64,000 nt of DNA, taken from the NCBI GenBank assembly GCA_038087875.1, contig CM075992.1:12526001-12590000 (forward strand). The letters are read 5' to 3'. Below the pieces are notes generated by a model, which saw only the letters and a program-made list of their open reading frames with translations, had not been told where the DNA came from and made no database searches. How positions within the stretch are numbered: the first letter of the stretch is position 1; each line of letters opens with the position of its first letter. A program made the position numbers and the translations under genes. Origin of the DNA: Malacoraja senta. Lineage: Eukaryota. Shown one piece after another: positions 50,901 to 62,334 of the stretch.

Positions 50901-51445
50901 GTTTTTGTCTCCTAATTTGAGGAAGGACATGCTTGTGATTGAGGCAGTGCAGTGTAGGTTCACGAGATTGATCCCTGGGATGGCGGAACTATCATATGAG
51001 GAAAGATTGAAAAGACTAGGCTTGTATTCACTGAAGTTTAGAAGGATGAGGGGGGATCTTATAGAAACATATAACATTATAACAGGACTGGACAGACTAG
51101 ATGCAGGAAAAATGTTCCCATTGTTGGGTGAGCCCAGAACCAGAGGCCACAGTCTTAGAATATAAGGGAGGCCGTTTAGGACTGGGGTGAAAAAAAAACG
51201 TTTTTACCCAGAGAGTTGTGAATTTGTGGAAATCGCTGCCACATAGAGCAGTGGAGGCCAAATCACTGGATAGATTTAAGAGAGAGTTAGAGCTCTAGGG
51301 CCTAGTGGAATCAAGGGATATGGGGCGAAGGCAGGCATGGGTTATTGATTGGGGACGATCAGCCATGATCACAATGAATGGCGGTGTTGGCTCGAAGGGC
51401 CGAATGGCCTCCTCCTACACCTATTTTCTATGTTTCTATGTTTCT
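47978..51445 (+). mobile_element. CR1-type LINE, near-complete broken ORF2, (TTTCTATG)n tail
   Basis: LKVLYINARSIRSKVDEL, EN and RT motifs as in 41861-44947, stops and frameshifts. Confidence 0.96.
50205..50593 (-). mobile_element. CR1 3' fragment nested antisense in the RT of the 47978-51445 element
   Basis: Splits host GACAGGTTGA|GTGAGTGGGCAG; (CAATAGA)n tail; GDLIETYKIVKG...SRTRAHSL on minus; TGA duplicated. Confidence 0.9.
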
Positions 51446-51764
51446 AAAATACAATGACGAGAGCTGTCATCGTTACCGAATAAATTCAGTTCTCTTTTGT
51501 TATCACCACTTGGTCTTGAGTGGCCCCTTATCGTGGGGGGCATGTATCCAGGATTTCTTCCCCTGGACCTTAACTGCAGTTTTAGTGGTCAGTAGCACCA
51601 GGAATGGTCCTTCTCACTTGTAGCCCAACGGTTGCTTTATAATCTTTGTGGCCTCCCTATTGTGGGTCACCCCAAGCAGCTGATATCTGTTGGGAGGCAG
51701 AACTAATAGCTTTTGTCAGGCTCACGCAGTGTTCTCTAGGAGCATCACTCATAAGATGACAATC

Positions 51765-52245
51765 AGTGAAAGATATGCAAAAAAGTAACAATGATAAAGG
51801 AAACAGGCCATTGGTAGCTGTTTGTTGGCTGAAATCGAGAAGCTGGTGCGACTTGGGTGGGGGAGGGATGGAGAGAAGGTGAATGGCAGGTTTACTTGAA
51901 GTTAGAGAAATCTATATTCGTACCAATTCTATATTCTATATTCGTAAGCTGCCCAATATAAGATGCTGTTCCTCCAATTTGTGTTTAACCTCACACTGAC
52001 AATGGGGGAGATCTGGGACAGAAAGGTCAGTGTGGGAATGGAAAGAAGAATTACATTGTTTAGCAACCGGGAGGTCAGGTAGGTCCAGGCGGTCTGAACG
52101 AAGGTCTCTCAACACCATCGTCTATATTTCTCGTTTCCCTTTCCGTGACTCTCAGTTTGAAGAATGGTCTCGGCCCAAAAACGTCACCCATTCCTTCTCT
52201 CCAGAGAAGCTGCCTGTCCCACTGAATTAATCCAGCTTTTTTTGT
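51765..52245 (-). mobile_element. Penelope-like element fragment (GIY-YIG C-terminus, -) with inverted terminal-repeat piece (+, ~52115-52245)
   Basis: LPVAKQCNSSFHSHTDLSV...KLEEQHLI; homologous to 62960-63900. Confidence 0.8.
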
Positions 52246-52261
52246 CAATCTTCCCTTTAAA

Positions 52262-52720
52262 CCTGCACCCTTCCTCTCCCCAACTCCAACGCACGTGGTA
52301 GGGGGCATATACATGCTCCACGACGAAGCTCCCCTCCGCTCCCGACCCAATTCCCACCTTCATGAACACGCACCTCTTGAAACTTGGGATCCCTTTAAGA
52401 CACGCGTCACTCCAGGGCCTAGACCTCCCCAATCTTTGCCAAGTGTGGAAGAAGGAGCGCATCTTGGATGAACGAGACAACGCAGTGCAGGAGAACCGAT
52501 CTCACGGTGGACACTGTTTAATGATCCCACCCACTGTGAGCCCCTTCTCCAGAGCTAAGGCCACATCCTGCTGAGACTTTAATATGATCTCATACTTCCC
52601 CCTTGCAACCTCAGCAGAAGCAATCAATCCTTCTTGAAAAGATCATGCAGACCCTTTGTTATTGCATCCCTGGTTCACGGTACCCGGTTTGGACCGAGAT
52701 CCGTGTTGGTTCCCATCCAA
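52262..52720 (-). mobile_element. Degraded Tx1-clade LINE ORF1 fragment
   Basis: Frameshifted minus-strand peptides DVALALEKGLTVGG, SFIQDALLLPHLAKIGEV, GIPSFKRCVFMKV..EGSFVV resemble Tx1 ORF1. Confidence 0.6.
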
Positions 52721-53527
52721 GTCAACATTCAAATTCAAAATTCAAAAACTTTATTTGCCATTTGTGCTTACACACATAGGAACTCTTGTGCGGTTGTTCA
52801 GAGAGTCAAGTCAAGTCAAGTTAAAAAGACACGCAGAAAGACACATAATCCATAAAAACATATACTTCTCTAGAAATAAAAAAGAAAGTGCCTAAAACCC
52901 TATATGTTATGAGGTGGATCAGGACATAAGGCTCTTCCTCGATTAACCCAGAAGCCGCAGCTGGAACCGCAGCTGTGTAGCTCCGAGCCCGAGGCCGAGT
53001 CGCCACCAGCCTGACTTGGATACAAAGCAGCACCAGACACCAGCAGTCTCAGATCAAAAAGCGATCTCAGAGTCAGTCACAGTCCGAAAAAGCAACAGAA
53101 GCCGTCCTTTCCAGCGAGCAAGGAAATACCCTTGCTCAACTTCACTGCCAGGTGCAGCTCTTGGGAGGCTATTCACAGGCCTTCCGAGCCTCCGTAAACT
53201 GGCGGTTGCGAAAAGTACCTTATTTTTGTTTAAGCCCAGGCGCCTGCTCTGGGCAAAATGGTATTGGAGCAGTTACGGTGCTAGAAACGAAATGAACACC
53301 GCCTCTTTCCTAATCCCGGTCTTCAGGCATGATTGGCAATCCGCCAGTCACTGCCGCTCCCACAGCACTCCAGAAGAACTCTGGAATTCCTCACTAAATG
53401 GTGAAATCCTTTAACAAAGGAACGTTTCTGCAGTCGGACGTTGAAATCCCACTGCCTCTGTCCCTCTTCATTCGGCAAAAAACTTTAAAAGGTTGCTTCG
53501 AAACTTCTCAGCCATCGGAGACCCCAC

Positions 53528-53580
53528 CTCTCTCTCCCTTTATCTCTCTCTCTCTCTCTCTCTCTCCTCTCTTCTCTCTC

Positions 53581-53625
<45 letters not shown>
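53528..53625. repeat. (CT)n microsatellite
   Basis: Direct inspection. Confidence 0.95.
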
Positions 53626-54524
53626 TCTCCTCCTCCACTCTCTATCCATCTATCCTCCTGCCATAGAGCCCAATTTCATCCCATTACATTCCATCCACCG
53701 GCTGCTCATCCATTGCACCCACTAGGTTCCCCTCCTCCATCTGCCCTTTATCTCTCACTTAAGTGCATCAAATTATCACCTTGCTTACATGCCACATACT
53801 CTGTATCCTTTGTGTTCGTGGTTATCACCCTGCAACCTTTGTTTCATCCTTCATCCTCCCCTCCCCCAGCTCCGTCTGCCAGTTTTCTCCTTGTCTGAAT
53901 ACACCAATCACCCTTTCAGCCCATCATCTTTCACCACTCCTTGGTCCACCTATCAGCCACAAGCCCAGGCCCCCCCTCCCCCCCTCCTTATTTTGGCATC
54001 TTCACTCTTCACAGTCCTGAGTCAAGGTCTCGACCCAAAACATTGACAAATTCTACCGCACCATCGCTACCAAACACATGCTGCAGGATCCGCTCAATTC
54101 TAGTTTGTGTTCCTGTCTCCAGTTTGCATCCTGTTCTGTTGGAGAACATTTCATAGAGATGACCATGTATTTTCAGCCTGTGATCATTTATTCTTACAGG
54201 AACAGAATCACAGTGATGGTTGTTCTCCCTCGGCCGACATGTGATGACTGAGTTACAGCGAGTTCACTAAAGAACGTGGTACTTGGAGAGTTGAGTAACT
54301 GTTTGATTGCAGTCCATTGGTGCATTAGAATGAATGGGATTTGAGATCAAGGAGGAGGCTGTAGCGTAACGTAGCCAACGACCCCAAAAACGATTGGTGA
54401 ACGGAAAGTGGAAAGTGAACGTTAACTCTGTATGTCAGGAAGAAAGTGCTGGGGAACGTGTAGCATCGAAAACCCACAGGTCGGGATAATAAATTAGGTA
54501 GAGGCAGGCAAGATACATTTTTAA

Positions 54525-55420
54525 AAGTTGGTTATGCAAGGAACCGCATATGCTGGAGTCTGGAGCAAAACACCTTGTGGTGCAGTAACTGAATGGATCG
54601 GGCAGGATCTGGGTGGATGGATAGGGAATGGATAGGCGATATTCGTGACGGACACCCTTCTTCAGGTGGATTACAGTGGGGGAGAAAGCTGCAAAATAAA
54701 GATGAAGGTAGGACAAAGCGTGGCAAGGGATTGGTGGATGCAGGTGAAGGGGGTTTGGATGGCAAAAGGGCAGAGCTGGTAACTGACAAGGCTGGAGATG
54801 AAAAGGAGACAAACGTCTGTCAGATAACGAGGGGGGAGGTGAAATATAAAGTCAAAGGGATATAGGTGGGGGAGGTCCGGGGGAGAGAAGAGAGCCGGGC
54901 TGATTGAATAAATTAGTGCCCACTGGAATGGGGTTACAGGAAGAGAGAGGGGTTAGTGGGTATTACTCCAAATTGAATAATTCAGTGTTCATTCCGTTGG
55001 GTTGTAAGCTGCCAAAGTGGAATATGAGTTGATGCACCTCCAGTTTGCGTGTGACCGCACTCTGGGAACGGAGGAGGCCCAGGACAAAAGTCGGCATGGG
55101 AATGGGGATGGGAGTTTAAATCGTTAGCAACCGAGAGATCCAGCAGCCCATGGCAGACCGAGTGCAAGTGTTCGGTGAAATGTTCGCCTCGGCTACGCTT
55201 GGTATCGCCAATGTTAAGGGAGCCACATCGGGGACACTGAATGTTGTGGGTAAGGTGCACGTGAACCCCTGTCTCCCATGGAAGGGTAGCCGGGGTCTCT
55301 TGTTGGAGGCGACGGAGAAGTTGTGAGTACAGGTATTACATCTCCTGTTGGTGCAGGGGAAGGTACCTGGGCTGGCAGTGGGCTGGGAGGAAAGGGATGA
55401 ATTAACCAAGGAGTACAAGG
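54525..55420 (-). mobile_element. Penelope-like element 3' part (GIY-YIG endonuclease, 3' UTR, terminal repeat); older + copy at ~53760-54125
   Basis: PGTFPCTNRRCNTC and IQCPRCGSLNIGDTKR...FTEHLHSV; decayed CTGAAGAAGGG core at ~54640-54666. Confidence 0.85.
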
Positions 55421-55435
55421 TCGGAGGAAGGTTGC

Positions 55436-55441
55436 TTTATT
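55436..55441 (-). terminator. Candidate polyadenylation signal (AATAAA) of the GPCR gene
   Basis: TTTATT on plus, ~180 nt downstream of the stop codon. Confidence 0.6.
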
Positions 55442-55621
55442 GAATTTGCAGGGTGTTGACGTTGGAGTAAATTCTAAATGCCATTCACAAATATTACTGT
55501 ATTTCGTTCACTGCGAATGGCGTTATCGAGAATATTTGCAAATCATGGGATACCCTTAATTAAATACGGTTATCACCTTGCCCCGCCGCGCCTCTTCGCT
55601 ACTTGTCCGTGTTTACGGCTT

Positions 55622-56520
55622 TCATTTGTTAATGATTTGAAATAGAGAAGTTATTGGATTTTTCAACACGTTCATAAACTCCTGCCTGAATTTTGATTGC
55701 GTCACCCCGTAAATAAATGTGTTTGTGCATAAACTTAAGTTCTGCAGCATATATCCGAGTTGGCCAAAGATATACTCGGATTCATTGTACTCATTCGGAT
55801 TTGTTCCTGCAATGCTGTAATATAAGTAATCAAGGACAACTGTTAACCACAAAAGGATAAAACTGCCTGATATGGTGAAGAGTAAAACCACAGACCTCCT
55901 TCTGCTCTCCATTTCCGGGTCTCTGCGCTTCTCTCCGTTGCTCTGACCCCTCAGCCCCTTACGGACCCGACTGGCCATTAAGATGTGCCGGACTGTCAGG
56001 ATGTTGAAAAATAAAATAAAAGCAAATGGAAACAATGGGGTCACAATTTTATCAAACCTACTAAATATCACCCAGCCTTGTGTAGAATAATAGCCTGGTT
56101 TAGTCTCACAGTACCAAGACACATGGTTAATTATCTCTCGAGGTTCCGATATAAAGCAGAAGGGAACGTTTTTCAGACACAGCACAAGACCGGTTGTTGC
56201 CAGAACCAATGCCGCAGTTTTTCCTCTGCAATATTGTGGTTGCAGCTTCTGGCAACATATGAGGACAAAGCGGTCAAAGGTGAACATGACGGTGAACCAG
56301 ACAGAGCAATCTTTGGACACACACATGAGGAAAAAGATAACGCTGCAGATTGGATAGATATCCAGAAAGGATCCGGGGAAGTAAAAGCTGATCCGTCTCA
56401 GTATGACCGCCGTGACGACAGCCAGTAGATCGGCCGCTGCCATGGCCACCAGGTAGCGAGTGGTGCAGGTGGAGAGGGCGCACTTTCCCCGGGACAAGAT
56501 CACAATCGCCACCATATTCA
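55622..56520 (-). CDS. GPR139/GPR142-like class A GPCR, exon 2 (end of TM1 to stop)
   Basis: 899 nt open after acceptor ...TTTGCTTTGTTATAG; YLVAMAAADLL (TM2), SVWFTVMFTFDRF (TM3), FILLW (TM6), CTNTFIY (TM7), SKFRQE (helix 8). Orthology to GPR139 itself not established. Confidence 0.93.
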
Positions 56521-56782
56521 CTATAACAAAGCAAACAGAATGCACAGTAAAAGGCAAGCGTATTTTATTGTCATCTGTCCCCGAAATCTATGGCCCTCAA
56601 CCCTATCTCTGTCATAATTTTATACATTTCACAAGTTCACGTTCTCAAGTAATAGGAGCAGAATTAGGCAATTCGGCCCATCGCCCTCTGAGGCAGAGTA
56701 TTCCACAGACTCACAACTCTCTGTGTGAAAAAGATTTTCCTCGTCTCCATTCTAAATGGCTTACCCCTTATTCTCATGTCGG

Positions 56783-57230
56783 GGTTACTTGAAGTTAGAA
56801 AAATCAAAACTCATACCCCTGAGCTCTAATCTGCTCAAGCGAAATATGAGATGCTGTTCCTCCAATTTGCGTTTAGCCTCTCTCTGACAGTGGAGGAGGA
56901 GAGAAATGTCTGTGTGGGAGTGGGAAGGAGGATTAAAGTGTTTAGCAACCCGGAGAACAGGTAGTTTCAGGCGGATTGAGCGACGGAGCTCAGCGAAACG
57001 AGAGCACCTTCTACGTTTGGTCTCGCCGATGTATAAGACTCCACATCTTGAACAATGGATACAGTAGATGAGGTTGGAGGAGGTGCAAGTGAACCTCTGC
57101 CTAACCTGAAAGGACTGTCAGGGTTCCTGGGCAGAGTCGTGGGAAGAGGCATAGCGCCAGGTGCGGCATCTTCTGTGATTGCTGGGGAAGGTACCTGGGG
57201 AGGGAGTGGTTTGGGTGAGAAGGGATGAGA
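56783..57230 (-). mobile_element. Penelope-like GIY-YIG fragment inside the GPCR intron
   Basis: Minus strand reads SNLIYCIHCSRCGVLYIGETKRR. Confidence 0.88.
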
Positions 57231-57274
57231 TATTTATAAACATATTTCCAAAGAACATGTTACATGTATGTTTG

Positions 57275-57290
57275 TTATATATACGTACAG

Positions 57291-57336
<46 letters not shown>

Positions 57337-57410
57337 TATATATATACATATATATATATACATATACACATACACATATACGTGTGTGCGTATATATATG
57401 TATATGCACG
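57275..57410. repeat. (TA)n compound microsatellite
   Basis: Direct inspection. Confidence 0.97.
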
Positions 57411-57520
57411 TCTGACGCACAACTGGACTTTGAAAAGGAAGAAATCTCCACTTGGGTACAAACTGTTCAATGTGAAGGGAGCAGAGCGGTGAAAATAAAC
57501 TGCTAATAGATGTGACACAT

Positions 57521-57950
57521 TTCTTCTTCTTGCGAATGAAACATAAACCAAAGGAATAGTTCGATCTCGCCGGGTGTTGAGCAGCCAGGTTATTGTCTCT
57601 GCATCAATATCTGCCAGGCCCTGAACTCCATTTGGTGGGTGGTAGAGCGGACACCCAGCGATAGCATGGTTGGCTGTCTGTTGTTGTGCTCTGCATTCAC
57701 AGGCTGGGCTCTGGTGGAGCCCCCATCTCCACATGCTGGCATTGTAACGCCAAACTCCAGTACCAAGTCTGTTGAGCTTATCCCATGCTCCTCTGATGAG
57801 GTAAGACATTTCAATAGTGCTTTATTGTCACAGGTACACACAGTCCTGTAGAGGACTGCCATATCTAAGCACAATTCTTGATTAGCAAATTGTTCAGAAA
57901 TAGTCCACTGAGCGTGCATACAAGAGGTGTCCTGTTTAGCACCATTGTGC
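57521..57950 (-). mobile_element. Vingi/Ingi-like LINE 3' end with (GAA)n tail
   Basis: WDKLNRLGTGV...WGLHQSPACEC...QTANHAIAGCP, then CGCAAGAAGAAGAA. Confidence 0.6.
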
Positions 57951-59458
57951 TAGTTCAGATCGTGCTCTAGGACTTTTACACAGCTCCTGATCCAGGCGAG
58001 CCCACAGGTTCCAGCCATCACCTTCCTTGGACATGTTGATGGACCATCATCCCACCGATGTCCCTCTCCTCGCCCTTTGTTCTCCGGGGGCACCTCCCGC
58101 AGCCGATCTCGAGGGCGTGATTGGCCAGACCCGGTCCTCTCCGACCGGCCATGCTCCTCACCCGTCGTTGTTGCCGGCTCCATCCTCCCGGTGTCTGGTC
58201 TTGGCCCCTCCTGCAGGCGACGGGCGGCTGGCAGCTTCTGCCACGCGGTCCGCTGATGTGGCTTTTTCACACAGTTCACTTAGGAAGGGCCATTGAAAAG
58301 GCAAACCAGGTAATCCTTGAAATAATTAGCATGCAGACAGCATTTCCGGAACGTGAGGTCGTGCCAATGTGATATTGTTTTTCAGCAGGGAGAACCTTGG
58401 TCAGAAGGAGCTGATTGAACATGCCTGACGCTGGGGCTCAAACCCTAAATATTAATTCCAGTTCTCCTTCCCCAGAAGCAAAACCCAACTGCTGCTTATT
58501 CCAACACTTTCCATTTTTATTTCATATATTCCATACCAGTGTTTTTTTAATCCATTATTTTGTTTGTTTATTTACAGAAGAGATCGGCATCAGTCGCAGA
58601 AACTTCAAATCCATACAGAAGAAAGGAATTGCGCTCACTGCAGAGACAGCGGCGAAGTGTTGTGTACATTGTCTTGATGGCCCGCTCGGCGTGGTGTATT
58701 TGCGATTAGCCAGAATGCTGCCTCGATTGGAGGGTAATGATTGTAAGGTTGGGCAACGTTGGGTTGTTTTGTGTGGAGAGTTGGAGAACAGAGGAGTGGC
58801 GATACAAGTATATAAAATCATTAGAGGCATAGATAAGGTGGAACATCAGTACCTTTCTCCTAGGGTTAAAATGTGAAAGACTCGACCGCACAGTTTCAGG
58901 ATCAGAGGGGAGGAGTTGAACAGAGATGTCCGTGGCGTGTTTATTACACCGAGCGTGATGAAGGCTTTGGCACACGCTCACAGGGGTGGTGGTGGAAGCA
59001 GATGCGAGAGTTGCGTTTCAGGAGCTTTTAGATTGCAACATGGATACACAAGGAATAGATGGACATGGACCATATGCAGGCACAGGAGATGATGGCATCG
59101 TGCTTGGCACATACATTGTTGGCCTGTGGGACTGTCCCTATGCTGCACAGCTCTATATTCTATGTTGTTGGTAGTTCTCGGGTAGATTAAACTAACGCGT
59201 TATTCAACCTCACACAATTTTCTAGTAAAGTCATTCACAGATTCAGGCTTATTTTCGGCTGAACGTATAGAAGAAAGAGCAGACACATCAAACATGGGGC
59301 TGGGGGACCTCCTCAGCGGCTTGGACATCAGAGTCGGCCACCTCCTACCGGAGTCCACGGCTCCCAAAGTCCGCAGGCCGCGCCGATGCAGAGATGCAGC
59401 GCTGGCGGCCCTTGGCAAAGGGCCCCAGGACTCCGTGATGTTGTTCAGCGCCGGCCGC

Positions 59459-59590
59459 GCTGGAAGCTCTCACAAACGGCAGCTCCACGATGTTGGAGCT
59501 CTCCCAAACGCTGGAAGCTCTCCCAAACCGCAGCTCCACGATGTTGGAGCTCTCCCAAACGCTGGAAGCTCTCCCAAACCGCAGCTCCAG
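59459..59590. repeat. 51-bp tandem repeat (~2.5 copies)
   Basis: GCTGGAAGCTCTC(A/C)CAAAC... starts at 59459, 59510, 59561. Confidence 0.9.
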
Positions 59591-59676
59591 TTTATGTTCT
59601 CCGTGTCAAATAGCACAAAGAGAAAAAAACATTGAGTAAATGGCTCAACGGGCCAGGCAGTTTCGACGGAAGAGGA

Positions 59677-59965
59677 GGGCGACACGCTGGCGCTGCGGTA
59701 GAGTTACACAGCGCTTGCAGCGCCGGAGACTCGGGTTCGATCCCGACTGCGGGTGCTGTCTGTACGAAATTTGTACGTTCTGCCCGTGACTTGCGTGGGT
59801 TTTCTCCGAGAGGTTTCCTCCCACACTCCAAAGACGTACTGGTTTGTAGGTTAATTGGCTTGGTATAAGTGTAAATTGTCCCTAGTGTGTGTAGGATAGT
59901 GTTAATGTGCGGGGATCGCTGGTCGGCGCGGACTCGACGGACTCGGATCTCTAAACTAAACTAAA
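59677..59965 (+). mobile_element. tRNA-derived SINE (V-SINE/HE1-like), CpG-rich
   Basis: A-box-like TGGCGCTGCGG, B-box GGTTCGATCCC (59734-59744), central core, (TAAAC)n tail. Confidence 0.9.
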
Positions 59966-60396
59966 GGAGACAGAAGGCGCTTCGAATGGATCCGTCTTCA
60001 AACTGAAAGATCTCACCCGAAAGGTCGCCTTTTCTTTCCCTCCACGGTTCCTGAGTCCCTCCAGCACTTTGGGCGTTGCTCAATATTCTCGCATCAAAGG
60101 TTCCATGTGTCTCACGTAAAAGGGGATAGTTGAGGCAGGCACGATCGCAACTTTTAAGAAACATTTAGACAGGTACATGGATAGGCCAGGTTTGGAGGAA
60201 CATGGACCAAATGCGGCAGGTGGGACTAGTGTAGCTCGAACATGTTGGCCAGTGTGGGCAAGTTGGGCAGAAGGCCCTGTTTCCACACTGTACCACTCTA
60301 AGACTAAACACCAAACAATCAAATATACCTGTTGGAAAAAGGAAGCCAAGACCGGGTACTCACACTAACAACGATTGAGCAGTTACAGTCACGTAC

Positions 60397-60463
60397 CAGG
60401 AACACCAATCACCGCAATGATGATGTAGAATATTTTCCGGAAGCCGTAGAAGGTTTCCAACAT
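60397..60463 (-). CDS. GPR139/GPR142-like GPCR, exon 1 (MLETFYGFRKIFYIIIAVIGVP)
   Basis: ATG at 60463-60461, 67 nt, donor CCTG|GTACGT; phase-1 join G|TG gives IGVPVN; 67+899=966 nt = 321 aa + stop. Confidence 0.88.
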
Positions 60464-60543
60464 TTTCTGTCTGAATGAAATCACCCAGTGAACGGCAGAG
60501 CTCTCCCAATCATATGGTGACACCGCCTTCCCGGAGGTCTCAA

Positions 60544-60549
60544 TTTATA
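60544..60549 (-). promoter_or_regulatory. Candidate TATA box (TATAAA) of the GPCR gene
   Basis: TTTATA on plus, ~80 nt upstream of the exon-1 ATG in unique sequence. Confidence 0.6.
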
Positions 60550-61730
60550 CAAGCCATGGCCCGCCGGGACACAGTGCTTGCACAATCGAAAGTTTGAAAA
60601 GTGCAAACAAAAACAGATGATGGAAGCAAATTTAAATCCCCATCGTAGCGTGACGTGCAGGTGAATGTTTAAATCGTGCAATGGAATAATAATAGAACTG
60701 GACTTGGTTACAAAACTTAACTGAATGTTCTGTGTAGCTTTTAAAATGAACTGGTTCAGTTAAATACATATTCGTGGTGGAGAATGGAATGGAATCCTTG
60801 AATAAACAAATGCACAGGCGGTAAGACCAAGTAAAGTAGTGCACCAATAAGCCAGAGGAGCCTGATTTCAGAAATGCCGGTAAGTATAAACACAATGAGC
60901 AAGTTTGAAATATGTTTAATCCAATAATTTACATACTGGGGAATAGCGATGGGGAAAAGAGGCCGACATAGTGAAGGGAACTTAAAGGTAATGCTGGGAG
61001 AGATATAGATTTAGAGAGCGTTTTGTTTTTCACGAATTAGCTAAGGGCACGAAGTGCTGGTATAACCCAGTGGGTGAGGCAGCATCTCTGGAGAACATGG
61101 ATAGATGGTGACATCTCGGGTCAGGACCGTTCTTCCTCCCGCGTCTAGCTCACGAAATAGAGCCGTCGTTCATTGCACCTATGTGTCAGATAAGTGGGAG
61201 AATGGTTTTCTTAATAATTTTCAAGGAGAGAAAGTTAAATAAAATTATGGGAAAAGAAGAAGGATGAAAGAGGACAAAGATACACTGATAACTGGAATTA
61301 TTTGGAAAGTACATAATCCATATGTAGTCATTGTGTTCTGATAATATTGAAAGACTTCGTGTCCTCTCAGAGTATTTCCCAGTGCGTACTGCAAGGGTCT
61401 TGGATAAAGCAACGTTTGAGAAACTCACCACTGCTCGACGAGGTTTTCTATATGCGCTGCCCGATCGGAGCTGTAATTAACAGGGTCGGTGCCTGGTGTG
61501 AAAGGGTGATTCAGGGTTCAGGTCAAACACACAATTACCTGCACAACAGCCAGCCGCTGTTATTTACAGAGAAGCTACACTGCGCTGCACGACCCGACAC
61601 CTGTTGTCTGCCCTATAATGTTGCAGCAACACACACCGCGTCCACTCACCGTCCGGCACACTGAAGTTTTCTGTGAATCAAACCAGAACCGTGCTAATGT
61701 CTGTTCCCCGCGGCAAATGTTCCACTTCAT

Positions 61731-62020
61731 GCAGCGGTGGCGCAGCGGGTGAGTTGCTGCCTCACAGCGCCAGAGATCCGGGTTCGATCCTGACCACGGG
61801 TGCTGTCTGTGCGGAGTTTGTTCGTGCTCCCCGTGACCTGCGTGGGGTTTCTCCGGGTGCTCCGGTTTCCCCCCACACTCCAAAGACGTAAAGGTTTGTA
61901 GGTTATTTAGTTTGGTATAATTGAAAGTTGTCCCTAGTGCGTGTAGCATAGTGTATCGCTGGTCGATGTGGACTCGTTGGGCCGAAGGGCCTCTTTCCGC
62001 GATGTATCTCTAAACTAAAC
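61731..62020 (+). mobile_element. Full-length tRNA-derived SINE (V-SINE/HE1-like), CpG-rich
   Basis: GGTGGCGCAGCGG A-box, GGTTCGATCC B-box (61781-61790), core GGTGCTCCGGTTTCCCCCCACACTCCAAAGACG, CTAAAC tail. Confidence 0.92.
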
Positions 62021-62334
62021 TTCAATAAACCACAATCCATCGCAATCAGACGTGACTTGGCAAACGAGGTCCCACCTTCACTGTGGCTTCCGACAGCGAA
62101 GTTTAGATGCCGGAGGTCCGCACATGGTATGGTTTCCATTGTCGGCGCGGCTTTTACTTTGGAAATAGTGCAAAGATGTATATTAAACTACTTTAGCAAA
62201 ATCAATTGAGACACATCACCGGGGACAACCGACTATTTATCTGAAAACCTTACCGGGCAAACTAATGGAAACGAACTTTAGCGACCAATTGCAGCCACCG
62301 AGAACAACAGCAAATCAATGCCCAACAGTGTCGT

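Noticed and set aside
41861..51445. Inverted segmental duplication or giant TIR transposon; active LINEs
   Set aside because: Similarity is confined to the LINE bodies, the left copy has its own TSD, and both ORF2s have stops and frameshifts.
56521..56557. ORF-track N-terminus MPFTVHSVCFVI for a single-exon GPCR
   Set aside because: Non-ATG start lying in the intron pyrimidine tract/acceptor; TM1 is completed only by the exon at 60463-60397.
59677..59750. tRNA genes here and at 61731-61800
   Set aside because: A/B boxes run into SINE core and tail sequence; SINE heads, not tRNAs.
61186..61431. 81-aa hydrophobic ORF as a second GPCR pseudogene
   Set aside because: Only a vague TM5-like stretch (FPIILFNFLSLKII); no DRF or TM7 motif seen. 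TBLASTN with the 321-aa protein would be needed.
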